Origin: a virus
Reading direction: 5' to 3' (one strand)
DNA length: 64,000 nt
IMG/VR virus record: IMGVR_UViG_3300042453_003743
Coordinates: 64,001-128,000 of that record
In this document: positions 1-10,004 of the stretch, piece after piece
How positions within the stretch are numbered: the first letter of the stretch is position 1
Layout of the letters: the number at the start of each line of letters is the position of its first letter
Notes under the pieces: generated by a model
The model's input: only the letters and a program-made list of their open reading frames with translations
The model's database searches: none
Told to the model about the DNA's origin: nothing
Made by a program: the position numbers and the translations under genes

Positions 1-357
1 ACTTTAATTTATATAAAATTAATTAACCCATCTACAGTCTTCTTATCTACATCTTCTGCACTAAATTTATCAACTACAACTGTCACACCAATTACGAATG
101 TAAATATTACCAGCACACCTAATACAATAACCAAAATAGATACGAGCCACCCATCCTTAATTGGCTACGATTTGTTAATATATTCCGAACCAACTAGAAC
201 AACACTTTTAAATACAGATCAATTTGAAAAATTTGGAAAATTTGGTTATATAAATTCTTACGCAATGTTACAAAATTATTTGTCAAATACAACATTGTAT
301 TGCAGTTTACAAAATTCACAAAGTTCTGCATCAATAAAATTTACCATAAAAGTATAA
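1..357 (+). CDS. 3' end of a Thr/Ser/Asn-rich protein (partial, probably virion structural)
   Basis: Frame 1 is open from base 1 to TAA at 355-357; followed by a hairpin terminator. Confidence 0.6.
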   Translation, partial: TLIYIKLINPSTVFLSTSSALNLSTTTVTPITNVNITSTPNTITKIDTSHPSLIGYDLLIYSEPTRTTLLNTDQFEKFGKFGYINSYAMLQNYLSNTTLYCSLQNSQSSASIKFTIKV

Positions 358-378
358 ACTCCCCTTGTGGGGGAGTTT
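356..378. terminator. bidirectional intrinsic terminator between convergent genes
   Basis: AAACTCCCC-ttgtg-GGGGAGTTT inverted repeat in A/T-rich flanks. Confidence 0.65.
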
Positions 379-401
379 ATTACCAAAAATTATTTAATTT
401 T

Positions 402-638
402 TTAACGACTTCGGTTTCGTACCATTCGGTAGTGCGAGCGACCATTTCGTGTTTCGCGAGTAATGGCGTAGTTCATGTCAAACCGATTAAACGCTTCACG
501 GAGATCGTGCATCGTTGCACGCATATTTCCTACACGGAAACGCTTCCGTGCCTCTCCAGCCGTTAGGGAAGCCCCTGAACGCATGTAATCAAACACTCTC
601 TGAATCTTGGTAGGACGATCAACAGTAGTAATTTCCAT
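402..638 (-). CDS. small basic protein, possible winged-helix DNA-binding
   Basis: 78 aa, Arg-rich; AGGA SD and TTGACA-N16-TATATT promoter upstream on minus strand. Confidence 0.6.
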   Translation of the reverse strand: MEITTVDRPTKIQRVFDYMRSGASLTAGEARKRFRVGNMRATMHDLREAFNRFDMNYAITRETRNGRSHYRMVRNRSR

Positions 639-733
639 AATTTTCCTTTCTTATAAGAAGTTGGTCTAATATACCCCCTATTGCTTGACTGTCAAGTATT
701 ATCCTAAATAATATGGACTGAGGAGACGCCCCC

Positions 734-1333
734 ATGAACAAGCGGAATCGTCAGTTTGTCAGATATGTGAAAAATCACCTGGCAGAATACGGTATGAGCC
801 TTGTAATTGGCCGTGGAAAATTGGTCAATGTGGGTGGGTATCGTTGTGTGGGATATTTTGACGAGGGCAAAAAAGTCATAAAAATTGCCAAAAAATCAAG
901 TGATTTTATTTCAACTTTGGTGCACGAATATTGCCATTTTCTCCAATGTATCAACAAATCTAAAATTTTTCAAAAATCAGATGCAGCTGGTATAATGATT
1001 GATGAGTGGTTTAATGGCAAAGATTATCCAGAAAAAAAATTAAAAAGAGCATTTTTTCTGGTACGTGCCATGGAAAGAGATTGTGAAAAACGAGCAGTCA
1101 AAATTATTAAAAAATTTAATTTAGAAATTGACAGTAAGATGTATGCAAAAAAAGCCAACTGTTATATCTACAGCCATTTTATGATGGAAAAAACTCGCAA
1201 GTTTCATTCTTACAAGAAAAGTCCATACCACAGCCCAGTTGTTTTAAAAATTATGCCTTCATCTATGGCAGTTCTTAGCCATAAAAGCATACCACCAAAA
1301 ATTTATTCTATGCTTGAATCATTCACCATTTAA
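734..1333 (+). CDS. HEXXH zinc-metallopeptidase-like protein
   Basis: LVHEYCHFLQ motif plus downstream E (MERDCE); GAGGAG SD; CTAAATA late-promoter motif upstream. Confidence 0.65.
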   Translation: MNKRNRQFVRYVKNHLAEYGMSLVIGRGKLVNVGGYRCVGYFDEGKKVIKIAKKSSDFISTLVHEYCHFLQCINKSKIFQKSDAAGIMIDEWFNGKDYPEKKLKRAFFLVRAMERDCEKRAVKIIKKFNLEIDSKMYAKKANCYIYSHFMMEKTRKFHSYKKSPYHSPVVLKIMPSSMAVLSHKSIPPKIYSMLESFTI

Positions 1334-1666
1334 TGGTGGATGTTCTGTCATAAATTTTTTAAATGGTTGATCTCCATAAGGCCATCTGTCATTTTTATCC
1401 ATAAATTTGTAATAAACTAAAGACTCCAGATGATCTGAAAGCATTTTCAGAGTTGTGTCGTCTATATTCCATTTTACATTGTCCTCTTCGTTTATAGCCG
1501 GGGCGTCTGCAGCATTGTGTTCTGCAACCGCAAGATCAGCAATTTTTGCAAGATTACCAAGAATTTCTAAGGACTTAGCGCACTGAAAAAAAAGATCCTT
1601 GCTAACAGGATCTTCTTCTTTGCGAGCTAAGTTACGAATTTCGTAAACTAACTCTGAAATTTTCAT
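1319..1666 (-). CDS. hypothetical protein
   Basis: Start reassigned to MKISELV, preceded by AAGGAG. Confidence 0.65.
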   Translation of the reverse strand: MKISELVYEIRNLARKEEDPVSKDLFFQCAKSLEILGNLAKIADLAVAEHNAADAPAINEEDNVKWNIDDTTLKMLSDHLESLVYYKFMDKNDRWPYGDQPFKKFMTEHPPLNGE

Positions 1667-1676
1667 AAATGTCTCC

Positions 1677-2036
1677 TTACGACAGTGTGAGGAGATACTT
1701 GGTTTGTTGAACGGAAGCAAGCATCTCATCACGTATATTTAACAGAGCTGTTTCTCCCGCAAGTTCATTTTCTACTTCATTTTTTAGATATTCTTCGAAT
1801 GAATTTAATACGTTCATTATGTTTATCTTAGTTGCCCCATTAAAAACAAGATTTTTTATCTCATTTACTTCGCCCCGACCCTTTATTCCAATATAGGTCT
1901 CGGCAAAAGTATCTAAAAGAACATCAAGAGTTTCATATAACTTTCCTAGAGCCATGTGTTGTGCGTATGAAGTTGTACTCCAGTGATGTAATTTTATTTC
2001 AATTTGAAAATTTAATATTTTTTGTATGCAACTCAT
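1677..2036 (-). CDS. ferritin/Dps-like four-helix protein
   Basis: HHWSTTSYAQHMALGKLYE...D..AE and LLNIRDEM...YLLTL, a pattern common in T4-like phages. Confidence 0.7.
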   Translation of the reverse strand: MSCIQKILNFQIEIKLHHWSTTSYAQHMALGKLYETLDVLLDTFAETYIGIKGRGEVNEIKNLVFNGATKINIMNVLNSFEEYLKNEVENELAGETALLNIRDEMLASVQQTKYLLTLS

Positions 2037-2731
2037 GTTATTCCTTTTTGTTCTTCTATAGTATTTACAATTGCTTCGGCAGCACCCTTTATAGAATTCA
2101 AAGCGTCTTTTGCATTAAATCCTGTTCCTGAAGATTTTCCAAATTTTTTAATTGGGCACTCAAAAGAAGGCATCCACAATTTATTTGTAAGTGCAGCTCT
2201 TGGATTTCTAGAACTGCAACCACATTTTGTACACCAACCAAGTTCTTCTTGATTAGGTTTTGGGTTGGTTTTATTTGGGCATTCTTTACATATATTTTTT
2301 CTTTCTTCATATACTTCAAGAGAAACTTTTCCACTAAAAAGCTGAGAGCCTTCAGCCTTTCCATAAGAAACTGCTTTTTGTAAAAACGACTGTTTGTTAT
2401 CTTCGTTGTCTTCAATATTTTGATTATTTAAATTTTTTTCACTTTGGTTAATCAAATTTACTGAAGGGTTGAAAACATTTGTCTGTGGAAATTTTTTTCT
2501 TAAATCTTGTATAGAACTTTGTATAGTTTGCCCTATATTCGATTCACCTATTTCTTCTCTAAGGTTGCATTCACTGCATTTTTTTATATTTGTTTCTTCT
2601 TTTTTTAATAAACAATAATCAGAACAACTTTTATTTAAAGACCAGTGAGCACAATTTATTTTATTTTTAAAAATATTTCTGTTGTATAAACAACGTTCAA
2701 ATTGATTTAAAGATATATTACCCTTTATCAT
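2033..2731 (-). CDS. Cys-rich hypothetical protein
   Basis: Several CxxC motifs (CSEC, CKEC, CTKCGC); translationally coupled to neighbours. Confidence 0.7.
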   Translation of the reverse strand: MIKGNISLNQFERCLYNRNIFKNKINCAHWSLNKSCSDYCLLKKEETNIKKCSECNLREEIGESNIGQTIQSSIQDLRKKFPQTNVFNPSVNLINQSEKNLNNQNIEDNEDNKQSFLQKAVSYGKAEGSQLFSGKVSLEVYEERKNICKECPNKTNPKPNQEELGWCTKCGCSSRNPRAALTNKLWMPSFECPIKKFGKSSGTGFNAKDALNSIKGAAEAIVNTIEEQKGIT

Positions 2732-5700
2732 TTGCTTGGTCCTTTTGCATTTATTATAATATGACTTCTGTTTATTGCAAATGAATTTCTATTGGGATTT
2801 GGCTGGTACGTAGTATCGAAAGGCAAAAATCCTTCTCCAGCCGAACCTTCGTGAACTTGATATTTTGACAATTTTATTGTTAAACTTGGATTAAGAGGAC
2901 TAGACTGACCACATTCGCTTGAACAAACTTGATCAGCCCAATTCAAAATTGGAATATTTGAACCTAACGGATTTTCGCAATTAATTGTTCCTTGTGTCCA
3001 CCATATATGTTTATCCCAATCTTTTAAAGATGTACGATCAGCTTGACCCGATTCGCAATTACTATAATCTGATTCTGTTTTTATTTCTAATGATTCTATA
3101 AAATTTGGTGTTTGCAGTTTATTTTCTAAAGTTCTTTCTTGACATACTTTTTTTCTCCAATTTATAAATGTTGGTTGAAAACCCCAACCATAAGGAGTCC
3201 CATAGGGACCACATATTTTAAAGTTATAATTGTATGAACAATTATCTGGGCAGTCCCCAGTTGGATTTACTCTTTGTAACATACAATCTTTAGCAGGCCC
3301 ACTATATTTTTGACAAGAATTTTGATTGGCTTCTAAGAGTTCTGTTCCAAAACATCCACAAGAATGAAATTCTTGACAGAGTTCGTCCATGCAATCGTAT
3401 GTTGCTGTAGAATTGCTTCCAAGAGAAGCAAGATATATTCTTTCGGTATCCATTCCAAAATATTGTAGTGGAGCTTCGGCACAAGTGTATTCCAAGCAAG
3501 TTGAACCAACTTCACCTCTTGCTATATTGTCTGAATTGCCACAGTCTTCACAAAACTTTGACATGCCTGGTCTGTTATTTTCTCCTATTATATTGTCTCC
3601 ACATGTCCAGAAACCAGTCCAATGTCGCGAACCATCACCACCTGGTTGGTTTTCCATCTGTGGATTTCCTTCACATGTTTGTTCTTCTTTACTTCCTTCA
3701 CAAATTTTATAATTTTCTAATCTGCATTTTGAGCAACGGCAACCTCCCGGACACTCGGGACAGTATGGGACGCAACCCGGTGCGTCTTGGTCAAAACAAC
3801 AAGGATCTGCGCCCCCATAAGTGCCCAAACCGTTTCCTTCTTCATCTACATCTTCTGAATAGCAAGGTCTTGTTCTTGTTACTATACTTCCTGACTGGTC
3901 AACATATGTTGTCCCTTCCAGATCTTTATCAAAACAATCATATGGGCAAGGTATTGAATTACCACATGGTGCTGGTTCATCAATGTCATCACATTCTTGG
4001 TCCTCCTCTCCGCATAAACAAGTGTCGCATAAAGACACACATAAACCTTTTGGCGAACTTCCTGGAAATGGAGATTCATTAAATACAGCATTAACATTTC
4101 TGTCATAAGTGTCTCTTCTATATGATTCGGAATCGTATCTCTGCGCACAAGCACCCGAAATCCACTCGCAAGACATTTCTCCATATAGAGGGTCAAAACA
4201 ATCATGAGGTTCAAACCCTCTTTGTACTCGGTCTCTTGCTTCTCTGGTGTGCAGTTCATCAACCTCTACACCAATGTAAACATTTCTATATCTAGATCCT
4301 CTAGTAAAAACAAGCATGGGAGAACTTCTCATACCAGATGCTACTGGTATATCTCCAGCAGCTCCCAACCATCTTTGACCATGCTCTTTGATTACAGAAA
4401 TTAAATTTCCTGGATTAATAAATCTTTGTTCGTCTTCAAACCATATCGAATAAGGACAGGACCCGGACCCTATGTAGGGTATAATTTTATTTGTAAGACC
4501 ATCAGTACAATCTTCTTCAAAAAACATAGGTTTATTGTAGTCTGTCCTGTTAGCAGCGGCACATTTATTTACTGCATCTGGTATGGGCAAGTTTGCTTGG
4601 TGAACAATTAACTTAGCACCTTTTTGTGATTTTGTTGTTCCTCCAATTTTTTCGGAACAACCCGAACACCTACAAGCTGTAAGCGCTGGGTTACAACCAC
4701 AAATAATGCAATTCATCTCTTCGGTTTTTACTTGTACATCCAAAACAATAGGGCCGCGTTCTGCAAATGAAATTTTTCCTCCATAACCGTTTGTCATGCA
4801 TGGAGCAAAAGGATCCGTTGGATATGGATCAGCACAATATCCTTCTTCAGTTAAAATTTTGCAACCAGTCACACAATCATCGCAAGATGATGGCAATATT
4901 CTTTCATATCTACCAGAAGATCCTGTGCTACCAGTTGAACCTGTGCCACCAGTAGCGCACGGGTAATGGGCTTCTAAACATCCGGTTGAGCCAGTTGGAC
5001 CAGTTGAGCCAGTTGAACCCGTATTACCTGTATTTCCAGTTGTTCCGGTCGTTCGTGTTCTGTAGCCGGATGGACAATCACATCCTAAACTTGCAAAATG
5101 GGTTTCTACTAATTTTTGTTTTAAAGATATTCTAAATTTTTTTTCTTGTGGAGTTCCAGCATTAAATTTTTTTTCTAAATTATTTACCGTTACATCCCAA
5201 TCTCTAAAAACTCTCCAAACTTTTCCCTGATCCAAATCCGAGTGATCCAAAGTAAATAAAACTCGTAAAGCATTTGTTGGAGTTTTGTTTATCCAAACAC
5301 CATCGTCTTGTGGGCCACCTGACCATTCAAATCCAGCAGCTTCAAGTGCTTCAATTTCGCCAGAAACTGCTTCACAATCCATACCAAATGACCATTCACC
5401 AAAACTTCTTCCCTGTTCACTATAAGTTGGTCTACAAAAATCTCCATAAATACCGACACCCTCACCAAAACTATAATCTAAGGGTATGTCACCACTTGCT
5501 CTAAAAAATTTAGTAGGAACGACTACATGGATGCTAAATTTTCTATCTGGAGCCCCTGACCCACTTTGATCTGAAACATCCCACTCAGGTGTCGTGTATC
5601 TGTTTGCTGGATCCCACCAGCAAAAAAACTTTCTTTTAGAATCATCTGTTTCGTAATTTGATAACTTTCCACAAGCTTTCGGTACATCCTCCCAACCATA

Positions 5701-6585
5701 TGGTGTTCCATTTGGATCAAGCTCATAGCAAATTTCATCTCTAGAACAATAGGATCTTAAACATCTATCGGGATTCTTACACGGATAATCTGGATCTTCT
5801 TCTTCTTCTTCGCCACCCCCACCTAAAATAGGTCCCCCACTATCTGGATCACAAGTATCACCGGACAAACTGTTTGGTACGGCATATTTAAATCTATACG
5901 GCCACGGGCCTCTCGGCATTTTTGCAAAACTTTGATTGCATTCACTAAACCCTAATAAATCAACAAACGCATAACATTCTGTCAATTCTTCCCAAGTAAT
6001 TTTTTCATTTCCACCCACGTGGTAAGAACCAACAGCATCTGGATGTGCTCTTAAATTTTTTGTTTTTCCATTTACATCAACATCTATAACTGTTTGATAT
6101 GACGATCCATTAAATTTTTCAATTTTTAAATTAAAAAGTATATCAAAAAACGAATCACTATCGTTTTCGATATTTGTCATATTAATACCATTAAACCAAC
6201 ATGGATAAATTTCTCCATAATAGTCGGCTGTTCCCCAAGCATATCTTTTTTGATTCAACGCTTCAGATGGTGTTCTAAAATTTACATACGTATCTGGATT
6301 TTTTACATTATTGCATGGCCAACAAGAATTTTCATCATAAGTTCCATATCCAATTGCTGTTGCTAATGTTCCGTCTTGAGAACATATAGTGTAAGTCATC
6401 ACGTGACCTACACTCGGTATTTCAGTTGTCAGTGTTCCAATTGGATTCCAATTTGGTTGCGCACACTGTTCTAAATTTCCCTCATTTGCAAAATAATCAT
6501 TTTGGTTGTACCAGTTGTACCCACTAAAATCATGGTCACACCAACCTTCTTTTTCTACATCACAACAACACGCTTTTTTAGGCAT
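2728..6585 (-). CDS. 1285-aa extremely Cys-rich protein with collagen-like G-x-T repeat, probable virion fibre/surface protein
   Basis: Starts MPKKACCCD; dozens of Cys; GxT run; TATAAATA late promoter upstream. Confidence 0.7.
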   Translation of the reverse strand: MPKKACCCDVEKEGWCDHDFSGYNWYNQNDYFANEGNLEQCAQPNWNPIGTLTTEIPSVGHVMTYTICSQDGTLATAIGYGTYDENSCWPCNNVKNPDTYVNFRTPSEALNQKRYAWGTADYYGEIYPCWFNGINMTNIENDSDSFFDILFNLKIEKFNGSSYQTVIDVDVNGKTKNLRAHPDAVGSYHVGGNEKITWEELTECYAFVDLLGFSECNQSFAKMPRGPWPYRFKYAVPNSLSGDTCDPDSGGPILGGGGEEEEEDPDYPCKNPDRCLRSYCSRDEICYELDPNGTPYGWEDVPKACGKLSNYETDDSKRKFFCWWDPANRYTTPEWDVSDQSGSGAPDRKFSIHVVVPTKFFRASGDIPLDYSFGEGVGIYGDFCRPTYSEQGRSFGEWSFGMDCEAVSGEIEALEAAGFEWSGGPQDDGVWINKTPTNALRVLFTLDHSDLDQGKVWRVFRDWDVTVNNLEKKFNAGTPQEKKFRISLKQKLVETHFASLGCDCPSGYRTRTTGTTGNTGNTGSTGSTGPTGSTGCLEAHYPCATGGTGSTGSTGSSGRYERILPSSCDDCVTGCKILTEEGYCADPYPTDPFAPCMTNGYGGKISFAERGPIVLDVQVKTEEMNCIICGCNPALTACRCSGCSEKIGGTTKSQKGAKLIVHQANLPIPDAVNKCAAANRTDYNKPMFFEEDCTDGLTNKIIPYIGSGSCPYSIWFEDEQRFINPGNLISVIKEHGQRWLGAAGDIPVASGMRSSPMLVFTRGSRYRNVYIGVEVDELHTREARDRVQRGFEPHDCFDPLYGEMSCEWISGACAQRYDSESYRRDTYDRNVNAVFNESPFPGSSPKGLCVSLCDTCLCGEEDQECDDIDEPAPCGNSIPCPYDCFDKDLEGTTYVDQSGSIVTRTRPCYSEDVDEEGNGLGTYGGADPCCFDQDAPGCVPYCPECPGGCRCSKCRLENYKICEGSKEEQTCEGNPQMENQPGGDGSRHWTGFWTCGDNIIGENNRPGMSKFCEDCGNSDNIARGEVGSTCLEYTCAEAPLQYFGMDTERIYLASLGSNSTATYDCMDELCQEFHSCGCFGTELLEANQNSCQKYSGPAKDCMLQRVNPTGDCPDNCSYNYNFKICGPYGTPYGWGFQPTFINWRKKVCQERTLENKLQTPNFIESLEIKTESDYSNCESGQADRTSLKDWDKHIWWTQGTINCENPLGSNIPILNWADQVCSSECGQSSPLNPSLTIKLSKYQVHEGSAGEGFLPFDTTYQPNPNRNSFAINRSHIIINAKGPSK
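4912..5052 (-). repeat. collagen-like (G-x-T)n coding repeat
   Basis: Encodes TTGTTGNTGNTGSTGSTGPTGSTG...GGTGSTGSTGSSG. Confidence 0.8.
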
Positions 6586-6615
6586 AAGTCACTTTCTCGT
6601 TATATATTTATATTA

Positions 6616-7542
6616 TTATGTCAGGGGAGTCGGATCTAATTTATACGGTCTCGCATCATCTAAACCAAGTAAATTTGTAGTTGATGGGTCTGTTCCTACG
6701 CCACCCTGGGCAAAAGAAAGAGGAGAATTTGCATAATTTATAAAATAATTATCTGCTGTTTTTCCGGGGGGCGTAGGCGTAATTGTTAATCTTCTAGGTA
6801 TTGTATACCACGGTGGATTTGCGTCTAAAGTTATAGTTGTACCAAAACCAATACCATTATTGGGTGTGGCGGGATTTTCAATTACTATATCATTTCCACC
6901 TAAAGTCATTCCTGTCCCGATACCAACCCCTGCCGCTATCTCATATGTAAATCCAATAGCAAAGTGCATTCGCCATACAATTTCTTTTTCATTTCCGGGA
7001 TTGTTGTTTACTATGTAATAGCGATACAATCCATTAAAACTGGTATCTGGGGCAGCATCTCCCATTTTTAACCCCATGCAAAATCCATAATTATTTGGAA
7101 AACCAAATGTACTCCCGGGTCTGGGTGAACTTGAAAGTGTTCCAACAGTCCCACCCTGAGTGAACTTTCCAGCAGTTACAATTTCTTCTCTCGTTGTGCT
7201 GTCGTCCGACGGCGTGCTGGATTGGTCAACCAATTTGTAATATAAAGTTAAACCTGCAGTAGAAAGTTGCGCTACTGTTTTTGGATTTGTTGTTGCTTCT
7301 TCAAGTGTTAGTGTTAATGTAGCAACTTTAGAAGGAAACCCATCTGCCGATGACGGTGGAACTCTTTTGTATGCTGGTGTCCAAGATACCAAATTTGCAG
7401 TACCATTTCCAAATGGTGGTAAGTGCATGTATAGATCATTGACTCTTTGCTGGTAATAAACCGAACTAGTATTATATTCGCCAGCAGTTCCGTTTAATTT
7501 AGTTCCTCTTTGTGAGGGAGTTCCAAAATTTTTATAAGTCAT
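6616..7542 (-). CDS. Thr/Gly/Pro-rich hypothetical protein, probably structural
   Basis: 308-aa ORF in coupled minus-strand operon. Confidence 0.7.
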   Translation of the reverse strand: MTYKNFGTPSQRGTKLNGTAGEYNTSSVYYQQRVNDLYMHLPPFGNGTANLVSWTPAYKRVPPSSADGFPSKVATLTLTLEEATTNPKTVAQLSTAGLTLYYKLVDQSSTPSDDSTTREEIVTAGKFTQGGTVGTLSSSPRPGSTFGFPNNYGFCMGLKMGDAAPDTSFNGLYRYYIVNNNPGNEKEIVWRMHFAIGFTYEIAAGVGIGTGMTLGGNDIVIENPATPNNGIGFGTTITLDANPPWYTIPRRLTITPTPPGKTADNYFINYANSPLSFAQGGVGTDPSTTNLLGLDDARPYKLDPTPLT

Positions 7543-7865
7543 TGTTCGTTTCCTTCATCATACACGAATGTATATTTTGTGAGCTCCACATTTGATGTTT
7601 TATTCATCAATGTTAATGAAAAATTTTCTTGCAAACCATTAAAAACTACCTGCAAACCAAAATAAATTGGACTGTTTATTTCATAATCCTGATTAAATGA
7701 TAACATTTCATCATTTTTTATCAAAAAAACATCAACACCCAATGCATTTAAATCTTTTTCTATTCCCATTAAAAATGTTTCATTAAGTTCGTTTCCAGTA
7801 AATTTTACTGTAAATAAACTTTGATTAGAACTATTATAATTGTAAGATGTGGGGCAGTATTCCAT
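7539..7865 (-). CDS. hypothetical protein
   Basis: 108-aa ORF with ATGA overlap. Confidence 0.6.
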   Translation of the reverse strand: MEYCPTSYNYNSSNQSLFTVKFTGNELNETFLMGIEKDLNALGVDVFLIKNDEMLSFNQDYEINSPIYFGLQVVFNGLQENFSLTLMNKTSNVELTKYTFVYDEGNEQ

Positions 7866-7880
7866 TTATTTTATAATTTT

Positions 7881-8528
7881 TTAAACATTAACATCTACTC
7901 TAAATTTAGCAATAACTTCATTATTATTTGACTTATTTACTATATTTATAGTAGGATCGGCGGTGTTTCCCCATGAAGCGTAATCATCTAAAGCTCTAAT
8001 CCTTAAACGAAGTCCGGTGGGACCAATGGTTAAGTTGTCAAATGGTAAATCGGTAGTATCAGTTATAATTGTATATGTGCTATTATTTGTGGTGTAAGCG
8101 AATTCATATTGATTTACACCAGAAAATGATACTCCAGTTAAACCATAAAAAAGGCTAAATCCAATGGATAGCGGGCAGTTATTTCCGCTCAGGGTGGTAT
8201 TTGCATCCGGAAAAGATTCAACATCATTTTCAAGTGGCTCATCAAATGTTAAAATTTCTTCATTTCCAGAATTGTAAATGTCAGTTTGATAAACACAAAC
8301 AATTCTTGAACCATCATCACCGCCAAGAGTTTCATAACCAATCAAAAGCAGATCTTGCATAGAAATATTGGGCAAACGAAAACCATTGTTTACGTTCACC
8401 CAAGATTCCTGAAGATCATCCCATTGGAATGGTCCCATTGCTGTATTAATTATTTTTCCACCAGTTTTTGAAGGTAACCCAGATTGCATTCCTTCAAAAA
8501 ATGTATTCATTGTCTTTTTTACGCCCAT
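7881..8528 (-). CDS. hypothetical protein
   Basis: 215-aa ORF; TATAAATA and GAGG upstream. Confidence 0.7.
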   Translation of the reverse strand: MGVKKTMNTFFEGMQSGLPSKTGGKIINTAMGPFQWDDLQESWVNVNNGFRLPNISMQDLLLIGYETLGGDDGSRIVCVYQTDIYNSGNEEILTFDEPLENDVESFPDANTTLSGNNCPLSIGFSLFYGLTGVSFSGVNQYEFAYTTNNSTYTIITDTTDLPFDNLTIGPTGLRLRIRALDDYASWGNTADPTINIVNKSNNNEVIAKFRVDVNV

Positions 8529-8545
8529 GATTTCCTCGCAAATAT

Positions 8546-8920
8546 TTATAAAATATTCAAACCATCATTTGTGGTATAGTATATTTTATGAAAAATTTGA
8601 GAACACCATTTGCTACAAACAGGGCATGGTTTTGAATTTCTAAGCTCTCCAAATCGATTAAATCTAACATTCAAAAGTATAAGTTTTTTTCCTCTCAAAT
8701 TATAAGGAATTTTTCTAAATGCATCCAATTCGGAGTGCATTTCGCCATACTTATATCCAAGTTCTATTGATTTGGGATGAGTTTTAAAAATATTTTGACC
8801 AATAGATACTATTTTTTTCTTGTAAATTATTATAGAAGTGTGTTTTTTTTGCCTTTGCATGGCCATAGAAAGAGGCTTCGCAATTGGCATATAATTTTCT
8901 ATAATAGTGTCAAAATTCAT
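8546..8920 (-). CDS. cytidine/dCMP deaminase-family protein
   Basis: HSE and SKPCPVC zinc-binding motifs. Confidence 0.8.
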   Translation of the reverse strand: MNFDTIIENYMPIAKPLSMAMQRQKKHTSIIIYKKKIVSIGQNIFKTHPKSIELGYKYGEMHSELDAFRKIPYNLRGKKLILLNVRFNRFGELRNSKPCPVCSKWCSQIFHKIYYTTNDGLNIL

Positions 8921-8921
8921 T

Positions 8922-9230
8922 TTATGTCGTCAACTTCAATCCTCCTGCTTTATTCAGAGAATTTGTTGGGGTGACGATTCCCTTGTTAAGGCTTGAGTCG
9001 TATTGTTCTTTGAGTTCTTCTAATGGGTCTACAATAAACGGAATAAATGATTTTGGAATGCTTACGCCCTTTGAAGCTTTTGTATAAATTAACCAAGGCA
9101 TCAATCCAATTTGCCCTTGACCAATTGGTACTAAAATTGCTGGGTCTTTTAAAATAAAGCTATCTGCAGTTTCTTCATACCTTGATAAAATTTCTTCGCC
9201 AGAATTTAGTCTAAATACTTTTACGTTCAT
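8922..9230 (-). CDS. conserved T4-like phage protein, Sm-like fold
   Basis: VKVFRLNSGEEIL...P...GLMPW pattern seen in T4-like phages; AAGGA SD. Confidence 0.65.
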   Translation of the reverse strand: MNVKVFRLNSGEEILSRYEETADSFILKDPAILVPIGQGQIGLMPWLIYTKASKGVSIPKSFIPFIVDPLEELKEQYDSSLNKGIVTPTNSLNKAGGLKLTT

Positions 9231-9287
9231 ATGAATCCTTTGTGTATTATTATAGCCTGTATAATACTATTAGCAAACAATAACCCA

Positions 9288-10004
9288 ATGAAATCTTTTA
9301 AACAATATTTAACCGAACAACAAGAAAAAATTAAAGTAACAAAACCACAGCCAAATATTGGCTCAGGTCAAGTCAAAGCACAGGTGCGAGAAGAAGAACC
9401 ACCAAAAGAAAAAGAACCCACAAAACCAGCAGAATTAAAAACAACACAAACAGAAGATCCGTTTGGTGGCAACGAAACAGTTAAAAAGCTATATGGGGCA
9501 TTCGCTGCAGCAGAACATCGTGGGGCAAAAGTCGAAAATCCTTTTGAATTTAATGAAAAACTATTCATAAGAACCAGAGGAGATAAATCTTCAAGTGCAT
9601 ATGGTCCAGTACAGATGACGACATCTACTGTTTCTGGATTTTTAAAAAATAATCCAAACGATTTTAAGGGAATAGAGGATTATACACAAAAATTTATTCA
9701 ACAAGGTAAAAAAATGTTGAAAGCAAAAGAAGGTGACCCAAACTATTCTTTAGGTTGTAAAGGAGATTTATGTGATGCAAAATACAATACAGAACACCAA
9801 AGAATGGCTGCAGCTGTAATACGTGGAAAATCCAAAGAAGTAAAAGTAGATTTAAATAAACCCGTTTCAGCAGGGGATTTAGAAAAAATTGTAGATCATT
9901 GGCGATATGGTTCTGGATCTGGCAAATCTACAAAACAATCTGATAAAGCTTATTATGACGCTTTTATGGCTGCGTATAACTCTCAATCCAAAAGCTCAGG
10001 ATAA
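9288..10004 (+). CDS. lysozyme-like/lytic transglycosylase-fold protein with internal-protein-like N-terminus
   Basis: MKSFKQYLTE start; AAE...SSAYGPVQM resembles the SLT catalytic E and GxxQ motifs. Confidence 0.55.
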   Translation: MKSFKQYLTEQQEKIKVTKPQPNIGSGQVKAQVREEEPPKEKEPTKPAELKTTQTEDPFGGNETVKKLYGAFAAAEHRGAKVENPFEFNEKLFIRTRGDKSSSAYGPVQMTTSTVSGFLKNNPNDFKGIEDYTQKFIQQGKKMLKAKEGDPNYSLGCKGDLCDAKYNTEHQRMAAAVIRGKSKEVKVDLNKPVSAGDLEKIVDHWRYGSGSGKSTKQSDKAYYDAFMAAYNSQSKSSG

